This document shows positions 26,850 through 40,888 of a DNA stretch of 64,000 bases, piece after piece; position 1 is the stretch's first letter, and each line of letters opens with the position of its first letter. A model generated the notes under the pieces. It searched no databases. It was not told the DNA's origin and saw only the letters and a list, made by a program, of their open reading frames with translations. The stretch is from assembly GCA_012295275.1 (NCBI GenBank), contig CM022671.1, positions 21,452,001 to 21,516,000 on the forward strand, written 5' to 3'. A program made the translations under genes and the position numbers. The DNA is from Chrysomallon squamiferum (lineage: Eukaryota > Animalia > Mollusca).

Positions 26850-27360
26850 AGATCTCAAATAATGTAAAGGCTGTTAATCAGAATAATTATTCACAAGTTC
26901 CATGTATGTTTGTTAATAATAGTAATAATTCAATTGTTTCGTTGTTCTTGCACTTTTTGTTGTTGTTGTTACAAATCAAAGAATGTATTTGTTCTAAAAT
27001 TATCCATACATTCATGTTTATGATTCGTTAATCAATTATTTATTTAATGTTATGTTGTTATGTTATGCTATGTTATGTTATCTTATCTTATGTCACGTCA
27101 TGTCATGTCATTTTATTTTATTGTTGTTGTTGTTGTTGTAAACATTATAAAAACTGAAAAACGGTAATACTGAGTACACTTGAAATACTTTCAAACTTTG
27201 AATTCTTTATTAAACATTTCAGTAGGAAAATCCTATGTTCAACTACAGTCGTTCGTTATTTACTTTTCAAGATGTAGAACCGAATTATGATGTGAAGTTG
27301 ATACATTGTGCGAGTTAATGAATCTAGAGATCATAAAATCTGGACGAACACGAAAATGAA

Positions 27361-28562
27361 TTAACCGTCCTCAGATAGTTTTGGCTGAAGTTTTTCCATT
27401 TTTCTCGCTAAATATCTCTTTCTTGCTTCCTCCACTGCTGCTTCTGTGGTTCTGCGGGCATATTTAATTTTTAAATCCACCTCTGGTTTCTTTTCTGATT
27501 CACTTGCTTGTTCAGGATTTGTTTCATTGTTTGTAACAGCCTTGCTGTCGCTGATATTTTCATCAGATTTCTGGTCAGTGGATTTAACTGTTTCTTTTTC
27601 GGACTCTGTTCTTTCCTTTGATATAGATTTAAGTTTTTTACGTTCACCAGACCTTGACCTCTTTCTCTTATCTGCTGATCTTGTCCTCTTTCTTTTTTCA
27701 GCAGACCTTGACCTTCTCCGTCTGTCTGATGACCTTGACCTCTTCCGTCTTTCAAGAGATTTTGATCCATTTCGACGGTCTGATGACCTTGACCTCTTCC
27801 TTCTTTCGACAGACCGTGATCTCTTACGTCTGTCTGCCGACCTTGACCTTTTCCTTCTTCCAACCGACCGTGACCGTTTCCTTCTCTCTGCTGATCTTGA
27901 TCTTTTCCTTTTCACTAGTAATTCTCTTTCTGAAGATCTAGATCTCTTTTTTCTTTCTCGTGACCTTGACCTTGAATGTTTATATTTTTTGGCATATTTG
28001 TTTCTTTCATTTGACCTCGATCTCTGCCTCGTTTTGTGTTTTTCTTCATGTTTTCGTTCTGGTGAAACTGACCTATCAGTCTCTGCTGAACTTGAATGTT
28101 CCTCTTCATGTCTTTTCCGATACTTTCTATCTTTGTATTTTTTACTTATTTCAAAAATCTGTGGAGATATTTCATTAAGAGGTGACCTGAAAAAAAAAAA
28201 AATTAACACAAAAAAAAAATATATATATATATATATAATAATAATAAAAATTAAAAATAAAAACTTTAAAAAAATAAAAGAATAAAAAAATAAATATCCA
28301 AAAATAATAATAATTAAAACATTTAGAAAATAATTTTAAATAAACAAATAAGAATAACAAATTATGCATATTCCAGACAGGTCTGTTTCAGAAACATTAA
28401 CAAAACAGATCAAATGGGCATTAACAAAAATTTAGGCAAAATATTTAATAATAAAGATTCAACAGCTGATGGTCAACTAACCTGCATGCAGCACCAGAAT
28501 CTGAATCTGAATTATGACTTCCATTGTCTTCCTTCTCCTTTTTTATATTCCTTTAAAATAAA

Positions 28563-28593
<31 letters not shown>

Positions 28594-31500
28594 TAGCAAT
28601 AATAACTTTTCTTCATCTAAAAAATTACTAAAATTACTAATAATAAATTAGAATTTTTTTAAAATTCATAAAGAAATTTTGAAAAATAACCAGTAAAAAT
28701 TACAAAATCTAAGCAAACTAATCAAACCCTAATAGAAAAAAATAATTATTATTTTATTTTCACCATTTAATGCAAATTATAATCTTTTTTCATAAATTAA
28801 GAATGCAAAAATAATTCAGCATAAAAATAAATAGCAGTGGTGAACGAAGACAAATCAATATGCATTTAATATAAAAAGGAAAGGTAATAAGAAATTATCT
28901 CACTCAGATTCAGTTTCTTTGTTATCAGCAGAACCTGTAGTTTCCCTGTACAAATAGCGATAAAAACCGCTTAAATCCTTCTGCTTTGTGACATCCAGCA
29001 TTTCTGTAAATAGTAAGTGATGCTGAATAAATAAATAATAAAAACTCATTTTGCAATCTTATCCAAGAAGAACAAAAAATTTATGAGTCGAATATTAATG
29101 AACACTGTCTGAAAAATGTTCAAAATCTGATTAATGTTTTAACATATCAAGACATCTTTCTAAACTACTATTTCTTTTTGGTAAACAAAAACATAATACC
29201 TTCACTTTTATTGTTTACAAATCTATTTTACAAGCTGGACTTACTCTTTCTGTATTTATTATACTTTATATAATGCTGTTATATAATAAAAGGTTTACAT
29301 TTAAAAAATGTCTATATTTACCTTCCATAGCTGCTACTTGTTTTTCTTTTTCTGCCTGCTCCTGCATTTCCAGCATTTTCTTTTTGTAAGCTGAAGTCAC
29401 GAAAGCCTCTTTGTCTGCAAATTCATCGCCTTCTTCTTCTCTCTCCTTCTGCACTTTTCTTTCCATCCGTTTCTCCTCTTCTCTCTTTCTCACCTCAGCA
29501 GCTTTCATGAGACCAGTTATATATTTTGGCTAAAAAAAAAGAAGCATAAAAAAAAAAAAAAATTACTACTAATAATAATTAAATTCAGTGAATATTAAAA
29601 ATTCATCTCTGATTTACAATGGTTTGCATAGGTACTCATAAAGATTTTATCTTACATTACACATTTTTCCTAGTGTTTATGGTTGTTATATTAAGTTTGC
29701 TTTAAGGTTAGTAGAGAAAAATAAAACAAATACAAGTTGGTATGCTATTCTTTGCATAAAATATTTACCTGAGAAGGGTAAGGAATGGATGCATGGATAG
29801 ACAGAGATGTGTGAGAGTGTATATATGTGCATCTACAAATGTAGGTATTTAAGTATAGGTATGCATGTGTATATGTGTGAATTTTGAATATGTGTATGCA
29901 ACAATAAAGAGGACAGAATGTTTGAAATGCTTGCCTTTTTCTCTTTGACTTGTGTTGACGTTTTCTTACTTGCAGCAGTCTTGTCAGCTACTATGTTGTC
30001 GTAGATACTGTCATACTCATACACAGTGGGATCTTCTGAAAGTGCCTTGTCAATTTCCACCTGAGTCTGTTGATATCAAAGAAAGACAACAGCTCAAAGA
30101 CTGTACATTTGTTTAACAACACCTCAGACTATTTTAATATTAATGATTATTAGACACAGTTATAGTAATAAATGTTCAATATAGGAATGAGGAAAGCTGC
30201 CTCAGCCCTTTCTTTGATAACCAAGCCATAATATTTGATTGTATTCCAAAAGTAGCCCAAATTTGTACTAACAAATATTGATCTTGTAAACATAGCTTAC
30301 TTATCACTAGTTACTGCAGCTACCTCACTGACTTTATGTTTTCAATATATAATATTACTCATTTACTGTAATAACATTTATTTAAACCAGTATCAAAATT
30401 AGTATTGAATACTTTACTTAAAATATGTAACTTTTATTTTAAATGCTTTGACATTACATTTTATCTAGCTGTAAGCTCACTGGTGTGTGCTGTCATGTCA
30501 AAATGTGGAGTTTATGATATTTTAATTTGATAGACAAGTATATCAGATTTTTCTTTGAATAAACAAATATTTAGCAAGGAATATGGAAAGTTAAATTTAA
30601 AAAATTAAAATTTAAGTAATACAGAGAGGAATACCTGCTTTTTCACTTTTGTTTGATTAATATTCAGCTGCAAAGATGGATTTTTCTCTGACTTAGAAGT
30701 GTCCTGAAAAAAACATCATTATCATAAAAATATGTAACAAATAAAAAATAAAATAAAAATGTTTTTACCGTATTTCGCGTTTGTATTTTTAAAAATAGTA
30801 TATATGTGTTTGTGAGTGTGCATAAAAAAGTTCTTACAAATTATTGATAAAGTAAATAATTTTTACAAAAGTATAATTTTAATACATAAAAGAGCTAAAT
30901 ATTAAAATTACTGCATAATAAAAAGATCACTTTGAAGTTAAATTTGATATAAATCTATAATCCTACTGATTCCTATTAAAATTAATAGTGATTAAATAAA
31001 TATGGCTCAATTTGCTATCTGTTACCATTGTCTTATAACATTAAGTTTGATTAATATGACAAAGAAAATTTCAATTACTGGATGACATCAAGGTTAGATA
31101 CATTGAAATCAACACACTGTCTGGTCAAGTCAGATTTTTGTTAATAAAAAAAAAAAATGGAATGGATACCTCAATCTCATCCATTCTTTGCAGCATCTGT
31201 TCTAATTTGCAATATTCCATAATCATTTTGCCATCTTAGTAAATAGTGGTTTATACAGAAAATGACTCACAAAGTTAGATTTCTGTTCTACTTGTGGAAT
31301 TTATTCTGTCACAGATATGTTTCCAACTTACAATTTAAGTTAGTTTTTATCAGTTAATAAAAATAAATATAAAGTAATGTTACTGGCTGCAATTCAAAAC
31401 AAAACTATAATTTTGACTAATCTATTTATGCTTGGCCAGTATAATTCTTGGGAATCATATAATTGATTTACACATCAGTACTTCAAACCAAAGATACTGA

Positions 31501-32087
31501 CACAATGTCAATGTGAAAACAAATAATTTTATTATGTAAATATACGGATCTCAGTATTATATATACAAGAACTAACTAACTACTAACAAAGTTACCTCAT
31601 CACTGTCATCTCCAAACACATTTCCAGTAACAGGCTTGTGAAAAACAGCAGTTTTATTTTTCTGTGGGATTATTAGTCCGTATCTAGATAAATTGTATTC
31701 AAAACAATACTGTGACAGTGATTGTGATCTTATAAACAATCATAATATTATAAACAATAATAATACTAATTAATAAATAAATATATTAAAACTGAAAACA
31801 GATCAGCTATTAACATATCGATCTAAAATGTTTACTAATCAAGTTCATAATATCATAAATATGATTTAATTCAATAATTGATTATGAATAACTCGTTTCA
31901 AACATTAAAAAAAAAAAAAAAAAAAGGGCTAACGTAACATTTTCTTTTAAATTAAATTTAAAAAAAAAATTACCCCTATGATTTATATAATACGTTGTTA
32001 AAATTTGGTTTTACATTATACAATTGCGATCAATCACATTAATGTTTGCCAATGTCCAAATACTCACTTCTTACCACCGACCTCCAT
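27361..32087 (-). CDS. NSRP1: Nuclear speckle splicing regulatory protein 1 (CCDC55)
   Basis: Exons 32068-32087, 31596-31683, 30635-30703, 29935-30066, 29322-29529, 28904-29003, 28482-28550, 27361-28186 are phase-compatible: KYGLIIP...VFGDDSDE, KALSEDPTVYEYDSIYD, PKYITGLMKAAEVRKRE...EGDEFADKEAFVTSAYKKK, LDVTKQKDLSGFYR, RS region, C-terminal YARRTTEAAVEEARKRYLARK. Confidence 0.93.
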
Positions 32088-32355
32088 TTTGCTGCACAAG
32101 GGATATAACTCTTAATTTGTTTACACCCGGTGTCGCTCCACCCACTAATGTTATTTACCAAAGTGAATTGAAGTGTTAATTGAGAACACTGGTTTTTCAA
32201 TGTAATTTGTAACAATAACAGATAAAAACACAATGAGTGAAAGAGGAGCACTTTCAGTTCTAACTCATCAAAAAATTGGTAATTATTTTCAATTTATTTG
32301 ACATTTGAAAATCGCTAGGGCCTAATCATAGAACCAAAAGGAGTCTAAACACTGA

Positions 32356-33123
32356 ATGATGAAAATAGCTGAGAAGGCATACAGTTTATTATTTTCACAT
32401 AATGGTGAATGTTATCTAATGACAGTATAACAGAAGATTAATATTATTCTGTTCTGTACCACTGTTTCAGGTTTTTATAGAGGTGTGCGTTATATGTGTG
32501 AGAGAGCGTGCGCGAACACACACAGATAAAATCCGTGTAAAACCAGATGTGTGTGAGTATATAATCAGATATGTGGCATTCGTTCAAATTCAGGTCAACC
32601 TTTATTTATTTTAGCATGATTACATTAATTATTCAATACAGTAGCTCAGAAATGCTGCTTTTTTATTGAAGAAATCCACTGAATTGTTATTTTTTCCCTT
32701 GTCTCATTATAAAAGGTATATGTTATTAGTTTTAATACATATATATATGAATTATTAGTATTTTTAATGTTTTTTTTTTTTAAATAAACCACATACACAC
32801 ACACACCTGTATGTGCATACATATACACATACACATACAACACACACAACCTATTTACATATATACATATATATGTGAGTGTGTGTCTACACACATACAT
32901 ACACATGCATATGCACAATCTCTGTGGGTGTGTCTCTCTATGCATCTTTTTTTTACCTTCTTTTCCAGATTTAACTGTTGGAGTGTTTCTTTCTCTTCTG
33001 GTTGTCTACATATTCATTGCAATTATTGTCTATCATCCTAGAAATTGTTCAGGATGTCAGAAAACATATGTACAAGAACCTGAACAACAAACTGATCCTA
33101 ACTTCTCATATAAGACATTTTGA
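32356..33123 (+). CDS. Uncharacterised 67-aa single-pass membrane microprotein (two exons)
   Basis: Exon 32356-32404 (G|GTGAAT donor) joins exon 32969-33123 (long pyrimidine tract, TTCCAG acceptor) in frame: MMKIAEKAYSLLFSHNDLTVGVFLSLLVVYIFIAIIVYHPRNCSGCQKTYVQEPEQQTDPNFSYKTF*; AATAAA at ~33187 and ~33213. Confidence 0.55.
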
Positions 33124-33557
33124 TCTTGACAGACTCAATTTATAACAACATTAAAATTTGTAACATTAAGAAGGATCTAAATCTGAAATAAATTTTATAG
33201 TAGTATCTTTTGAATAAATAAAATAAAAAATTATAAAATGTATTAGTTTATTTTTGATACCATTAATAACTAATAACAAATTATGTACAAGTTTGAATAT
33301 TTTAGATTGTTAAAATAACAACACAACACTGACAAGAAATAATAGATTTTATAACAATTATGCGTAGTTTTAAAAAAAACACACATTTCTTATATTTATT
33401 TCAATTTAAAAAGTTCCAAAAAAAGTAAACTACACTGAATTTCTTGTTTCACACCTTATTGGGTACAACAAATTGTTTATCACAATTGCACATTTTGTAT
33501 TTTTTAAACACTGATATGTGATGATGATGTCTGTCACAAATTGTTTTATTCGTGTTG

Positions 33558-34426
<869 letters not shown>

Positions 34427-34859
34427 ATGTTTACTAGGCCTGTCATTTGTCGATTTATTTCATTGAGACCCATCCATGGAATACGTACTTTTTCTTCAAA
34501 GGTAAATATATTCAGCTTTTTGAATTATCATAATCAGTACTCTATGTGATATATCAGTGTCACCAGTGTATGAGATGTAACCTTTGCATCATGATTCTTT
34601 AAAAAAAACATTTTAATTAAAATGTCATTTGAATTTGATAATAATAATTATTATGATAAATCCAATTTTGGAAATGACTGAACTTGTCAGAATACGAATG
34701 GATTAAGTTTATGTTTTAAGTACTGACAGTGGCACAGGATCTTGATTTTGAACTGTTTGGGTGTTCATCGCAAGTAGCAGCGTGTTTTGGAAAACCACTG
34801 TTAACTTTATTTTAAGCATTTCACGATTTTGCACAATAATATATTTAATTTTTATTATA

Positions 34860-34897
<38 letters not shown>

Positions 34898-36636
34898 TTT
34901 TTTTTTTTTTTTTTTTTAAGGTACCTACTGCTGCAACATGGGAAAAAATAGATCCAGAAAAAATTCCAAAGGTAAATATTTTTAAAAATAATTCTTGGTC
35001 TTAATTGTTAAACGTTTTTAATATTAAGAAGTTTGTAAATTTAAAACATTTTGACAAGTTTCTGCAATGAAGATTTAATCATGTTACCATGATAAGGATT
35101 CTTAAGATAAGATTTCATTACCATGCTAAACGTGGTATGTGATTTGTAACATTCCAATCTAATGTTTCTGCATGAGGTTTTCTGTCTATCATGATGAAGA
35201 TTTTCTTGACAAAAATGAGGCTAAATGCTTTTTAGATGATTTATCCATTATGTTCAGACTATTTGTCCATTCACTTTTTACGTAACATTGTTTTTTTGAT
35301 ATAGTATATTAAACAAATTAAAATTGCATTTCTAGTGTTCCTGTCATGTTTTTACTTTGTGCTCACAATAGTACAGTACATATCATCATGTTCATTTACA
35401 CACTTCATAATATTACAGCATATATCATCAAGTTCATTTACACACTTCATAATAAAAAAACTGAATTAAATAATCTACTGCTCCTAGGACTGCTACTATT
35501 GTGTATTTTAATAACGCACTTTACTATTGTTATTCTTCAGACTGAAACAAGTTCATGGCAAATGCAAATTATCTTCTCTATGGCTTTTTTTACTTGAATT
35601 TTAAAATCAAATCAGTAATACATGAAGCAAGTGAGATATTATTATTATTTAAAATTATTCAGTTAAGAAGCATTTTGTATTAAAAACTATTTCCAGGTTC
35701 CCCATATTGATAAACAGCTAATTGATCAACTGGAACGACTCTCTCTTGTTGAATTCAGCAGTGAGGCTGGAATTAAATGGTTGACTGAAGCTATCCAGTC
35801 AGCTAACCTGTTATATAATGTTGACACTGAAGGAGTGGAACCACTTGACACAGTTCTTGAAGACAGGTCTGTTGTCTTTTAAGCATGAACTAATGATGAA
35901 TAATAAATAAACATTTATATATATGCATAACCAGCTAGCAATGGTAATTTTTTCATCATTATACATTTTAAGAAAACAAAATAAACATTTTTGTTAGTAA
36001 TTCTAGATGTAGCTGCAAAGATTTTTCTCCCATAACCAAATATTATTTGTTAACATAATGAAATAAATATTTATTCTATCTTTATAAAACAGAAAAAAAA
36101 GTTATATATATTGTTAAATGTTTACAGAAATAAAATGATAATCAAAAATTAATAAAACAGTATAGTCACCTTAGGGTTTATTTTTTTCTCAGAGAACTGT
36201 ATTTAAGAAAGGACGAGGTTACTGAAGGAAACTGCAGAGACAAAATTTTACAAAACGCCACCAAAACTATAGAAGAATATTTTGTTGCACCACCAGGTAA
36301 GTAGGAAAAGTTACCAACAAAACAGTATTTTACTTAGCACAGTGAACAGCTTTTTATATCCTAAACAATTAACACTGATCTAATCTGTACAGAACCATAT
36401 TTGGATTAATTCATTAGTTTTCATTTTAAATGCAGTTTGTTAGATTTGCATGATAAAATCTAAAAAAGGACATTTACAAAGTTCCAAAATCTTAAATCCA
36501 AATGGATAGAAAAATGACAGGTTTTTCATGGCATTTGCTACATATTTATTTTTATTTTTTTCTCTTTTTAGGAAATATACCTCTTAAACCAAAGGAAACC
36601 GAATATAAAAAGAAATTATCTTCCATTGCCACATAA
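34427..36636 (+). CDS. GATC: Glutamyl-tRNA(Gln) amidotransferase subunit C, mitochondrial
   Basis: Exons 34427-34501, 34921-34971, 35697-35866, 36193-36296, 36572-36636: Arg-rich transit-like peptide [25 protein letters not shown], then LERLSLVEF...[30 protein letters not shown]...ILQNA...[13 protein letters not shown]. Confidence 0.95.
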
Positions 36637-37226
36637 AATCCTTAAACACTGCTCATAACACTTGTGAAGTTCACTTCATCAGATTACTGATTATTGTCAT
36701 GGGAATTGAAAAAGTTTTAAAAGACAGAATGTTCAATTTCAAGGGCCTGATAACCTACAGTTGTTGCAGTTTTGAGATAACAAAAAATCTATAAAGGAGA
36801 AACTGACACATGCCAATTAATACCATGGTATTAATTGTGATTGGCTCACATTTCTCAAAATGTAACAAATTCAGTTTTAATCTGGACAGATATCAGGCCA
36901 GCCACTAGAGTTTTTGAAGTAAAAATCAAAAATTTTCTTTATTGAAATATTTACTTGATAAAATTAATTTATTGTTCATTGTATTAAATTGTTATGGTGA
37001 ATAAATGTTTATTTTTAAATGTTTAGTCGTTACTCGGTCGTTGTTTTAACTGTGGGATTTTTAGCACTGATGTTAACTTTTTGCAAGTATCATACCTTTC
37101 AAAATAATTCATGATTGTGTGTGTGTGTGTGTAAATGTGTACGTGTATGTATGTATATATGTGTATGTTTAGATTGTGTGTGGGGGTGTGTGAGAGAGAG
37201 AGAGAGATTAACTCAGAAAGCATGTG

Positions 37227-38836
37227 CAAGTCCTGAAAATTCCAGGAATTTTACATATTTCCTGAAACCATTCTGAAAAGAAAACCAGTGTTATTTAATG
37301 AGTGGTTTACATCTGACATGAGAACAGCAATATGTTTCTTAATTAAAAAATATATTATTATTGAAACATTATTCTTAACCAGAAACATAGGACCATATTT
37401 ATATTTCAACATAGTATGTATTGGAATGTCTAACAGTCTTGCTTAGTGTTCATTTTCAGGAAAAATTGAATTGCACATAGGAGAATTTATTTGGCAATGT
37501 TGAGAGACACCTAGAGTAGCACTGGATCTTGGTCTTGAAACTGACCATGATTAGTTTGACATGGGAATTGCACAACTGCATTTGGTAAAACTGCCCACCA
37601 CAGTTTGAGTCAAGCTGAACAGCTTTGCAGAGGTCAGTTGCAGTAGTCACACAATCAGCATCTTCATCAGGAATCTGCACTGCAATGACTGCATGCAATC
37701 AATGGAGAGTTTCAGGATGAAGATAGGTCAGTGCAAGCACAAGAACCCAACAGTGCCAAAAATGAGAAAAACTAAATTCCAGTATGAAAACTGAACAAAT
37801 CTTGAGTCCAGCTGTCCATTAAGTTGTAATGTCACAGTTTGCTCTTTCTATGGATCCTTCGCTCTGAGAAAGTCCACGTTTCCTATGGACCAGCTGGCTA
37901 TATTACTTTCAGTTCAGGGATTGATTACAAGTGCTGAAAACACTGAATCACTGGCACTGTGCAACATGGAAGGAGCACAAAGTAAGAGAAAGATGTCTAA
38001 CAGCACATTTTAATGTCAAGTGGCACAGAACTGCATCTGAGTTAGATTAATCTGGGCTCTGGAGTTGAAGTGTTTGGAGATGATCGGCTTGTATTTGCTC
38101 TCTTTCTCTTTCTCCAGACAAAGGGTCTTGAATATGTTCAATCCTTCTACTGTGATGTTAGCATATTTATTGATCAAGATGTACACCATCATGATCAGTT
38201 GCAATATGAGAGTGTTTAACCACATCATATGTCACTTTAATTGAAGCACAGAAGATTCATCTGCATGATCATGTTTTATTATTACAAGTCTTTCACTATC
38301 ACCTCATTAAAGAATTTTTTATTTCTTAAAAAGATAGTATTGGTACAGTCTTCATGGAGATGTTGGTGGCTTTCAATATTTCACCGATTATTTTGCCATA
38401 TCTTCTTTAGGAATCAGAACTCTCTTCTTGTCTTTTTAAGTCTTGAAAGGTATTCTGGTGCTCCACAATTGCATGTGTATAATTAAAACCAAAAGACATA
38501 TACACATCATAGTCAACTGTTTCAATTACTAATCTCTCTTGTAAAACATTAATGAGGAGGCCATCTCAGGATTTGTCACATTAACAATCTTCCTCCCACA
38601 AGATGAAGACGTATTCTCTTAGTTTTTTTTCAACAAATTGCTATGTTACATCAAATAGTGAGTGCTCTTTGATTAAAACTTGTTTACTCTTTCATGGCCC
38701 AGGAAATATGTATAATTTTCACCATTATATTTCAGGAAAACGTAATTCCTGGAATTTTCAGGAATCAGACATGACACATATTTCTAGATATTATCAGGAT
38801 TTATACACATTTCCCGTAACATTCCAGGATCTTGTG
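37227..38836 (-). mobile_element. Decayed KRBA2/Ginger-like integrase DNA transposon with inverted terminal/subterminal repeats
   Basis: tcctgaaaattccaggaatt..ttcctgaaa (~37231-37267) is inverted at ~38730-38763; frameshifted minus-strand remnants KPIISKHFNSRAQINL, APSMLHS, SQSEGSIERANCDI and a Cys-rich tail ending CYSRCLSTLPNK. Confidence 0.75.
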
Positions 38837-40686
38837 TAATGGACCAGTTAAATAAATGATTTCCCAAAAAAGAAATACCTATTTACCTACAAAACCAACA
38901 CTTATAAAAATAACTGCTTAGAGCACCTTAGAATATATTCCAAAATAACTGTAATTATATTTTAGGTTTACTTAGTCCATTTTGGAAAATGGCTTAATTT
39001 TTCATGCACATAAAAACAAAACAGATTTGTTGGTTTTTTATTTTTTATTATTGGTTGAAACAAGATAAACATCCCAATAAATCACATACAAATGTCATAA
39101 ATGCATTTACATTTAGATACTGTATAAAACAAATGTCACATTAAATATTCATACTTTCTAAATATACAGCTGACAATGAAAAACACACAAACTTGTAAAA
39201 ATTAGTTTCATAAATTTGTTCATAAACTTTTGGGTAAAGTAAAATCTCAGTTTTATGGAATGAGGGATTGTGGTTTTAATGTAAAATGTTGACAGCACCT
39301 TTGCATTTTTAAAGAAAAATACTGACAAAAATACAATGGTGTTTGAAAAATCATCCGTATGCTCTTTTACCATGAACTGGTTTTTCCTTCACTTACAAGT
39401 TTTTATTATTATTTATTTATTTGAGACTTCTCTCTCTCCATTAGCGTGTGATGTAAATTAACAATAATAAATACATGTCACTGACACTGAAATAAAACAA
39501 TGGAATAAAAAAAATAATTAAAAAAATTATGTAAATCAATAGGCGCACAGTGAATAACATACACACAATACACACATCATAAAATAGTTTAAAACTGGCA
39601 CTCATTTCCCATCCCTGTTAAAAATGAAATGTTACTTCTTTTATTTTTATTTTTTGCTTTGGCACCACATTAAAATTCAATTTAACAGAATAACCAGAGA
39701 AACAAAAATTGTTCTAAATATAGCTCAGAAGACCATAATCATTTTAATAATAAACATCAACAATAAAAATGTTGTCAAGAGGTTTAGATTATATCTGAAA
39801 CTGAAAGAAATCATCCCATCCATTTGGATACTGGTTTGAACTGCTAAGTAACAAGTTTCAAACCAGTATTTTGCCATATGTCATAAGAGGAGAAAACTGA
39901 TTAAAGGTGGATTTACATCAAAGAAAGGTTTCTTTTCAAAAATGTATTGTCATGGTGAATCCTTCAAAACAAACAGTCCCCTCCTTCTAACCAAGTGAAA
40001 AGCCAATTTTCTGGGAAAATCCTTCCATGTATTACAAAATATGAACTGAAAATTAATTTGCTTTCCATATCACTATACAATGGGAAAAACATTTTATCCT
40101 TTGATTTTTTATTTCCATTTCCTATTTCAAATGGTGAGCCTTCAATCCATCCAATAAAGATCCAAACTTAAAAAGCAAAACTCCTTTTTTCAACGATATG
40201 AAGAATGAGAATGAATCCTCTATCCATCCAAATTATTATAGCAAAATCCTCTAGTTAAAAAGAGTGGAATTACTTGACATACTACTAATAAAAGAATAAA
40301 TCCTTTTAGAATTTTCTTTTTCATATTTTGCAGTGTCCAAGATTAAATGCAAAATATAAATTAGTCACTGAACACAGTAAAATTCAGCACTGGCTAAATT
40401 TCACTGTTTACCAAACAAACCGATCCAAATTTATGTGGGATGATATAGCAATATTTTCCTCCATTAAGCAAAATCTGTCCAATCCTTATCTGATACACTG
40501 CACATCCTTCAATACATGTAGCAATGATTCCAACTAGTTGTGTCATTCAAGGTAACTAAATTTTAATAAAAATGAAAGATTTAGATAGCAAATGAAAAGA
40601 TAAAACTGGGATAGTTTTCCGTTACTATGTTGGGCATAATCCTTTTGAGTACTATTTTCCTCTTTAAATTTTGTTTCAGCATGTAC

Positions 40687-40888
40687 CTCTATGCAATTCG
40701 ATCCTACATTTCCTGAGATTGAGCAAATCCTTCCCTTATTTTCTTTCTCCTTCTTTTAAAAATGTATTAAACTCCTTTCCAATCCCTATGATTTCAATCC
40801 TGCTCTTTCCCAAAACAGCCAAGAACAATAGGATTGTAATTCTTGTCAGTCCCCAAAATATCCTACAAGATTACAATCCTTTCCCCAA
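40687..40888 (-). other. Candidate GGAU-rich non-coding exon downstream of SRSF1 paralog A
   Basis: Acceptor TTTTTCTTTTTTTGTCCAG|TTGGGG, donor GAG|GTACAT; six GGAT in 202 nt. Confidence 0.55.

Noticed and set aside
27446-28285. 279-aa plus-strand ORF antisense to NSRP1
   Set aside because: Shadow of the RS-repeat exon; no credible start or splice context.
32356-33123. Calling the microprotein COX6A from its syntenic position
   Set aside because: Lacks the conserved COX6A C-terminal motif and an obvious mitochondrial presequence.
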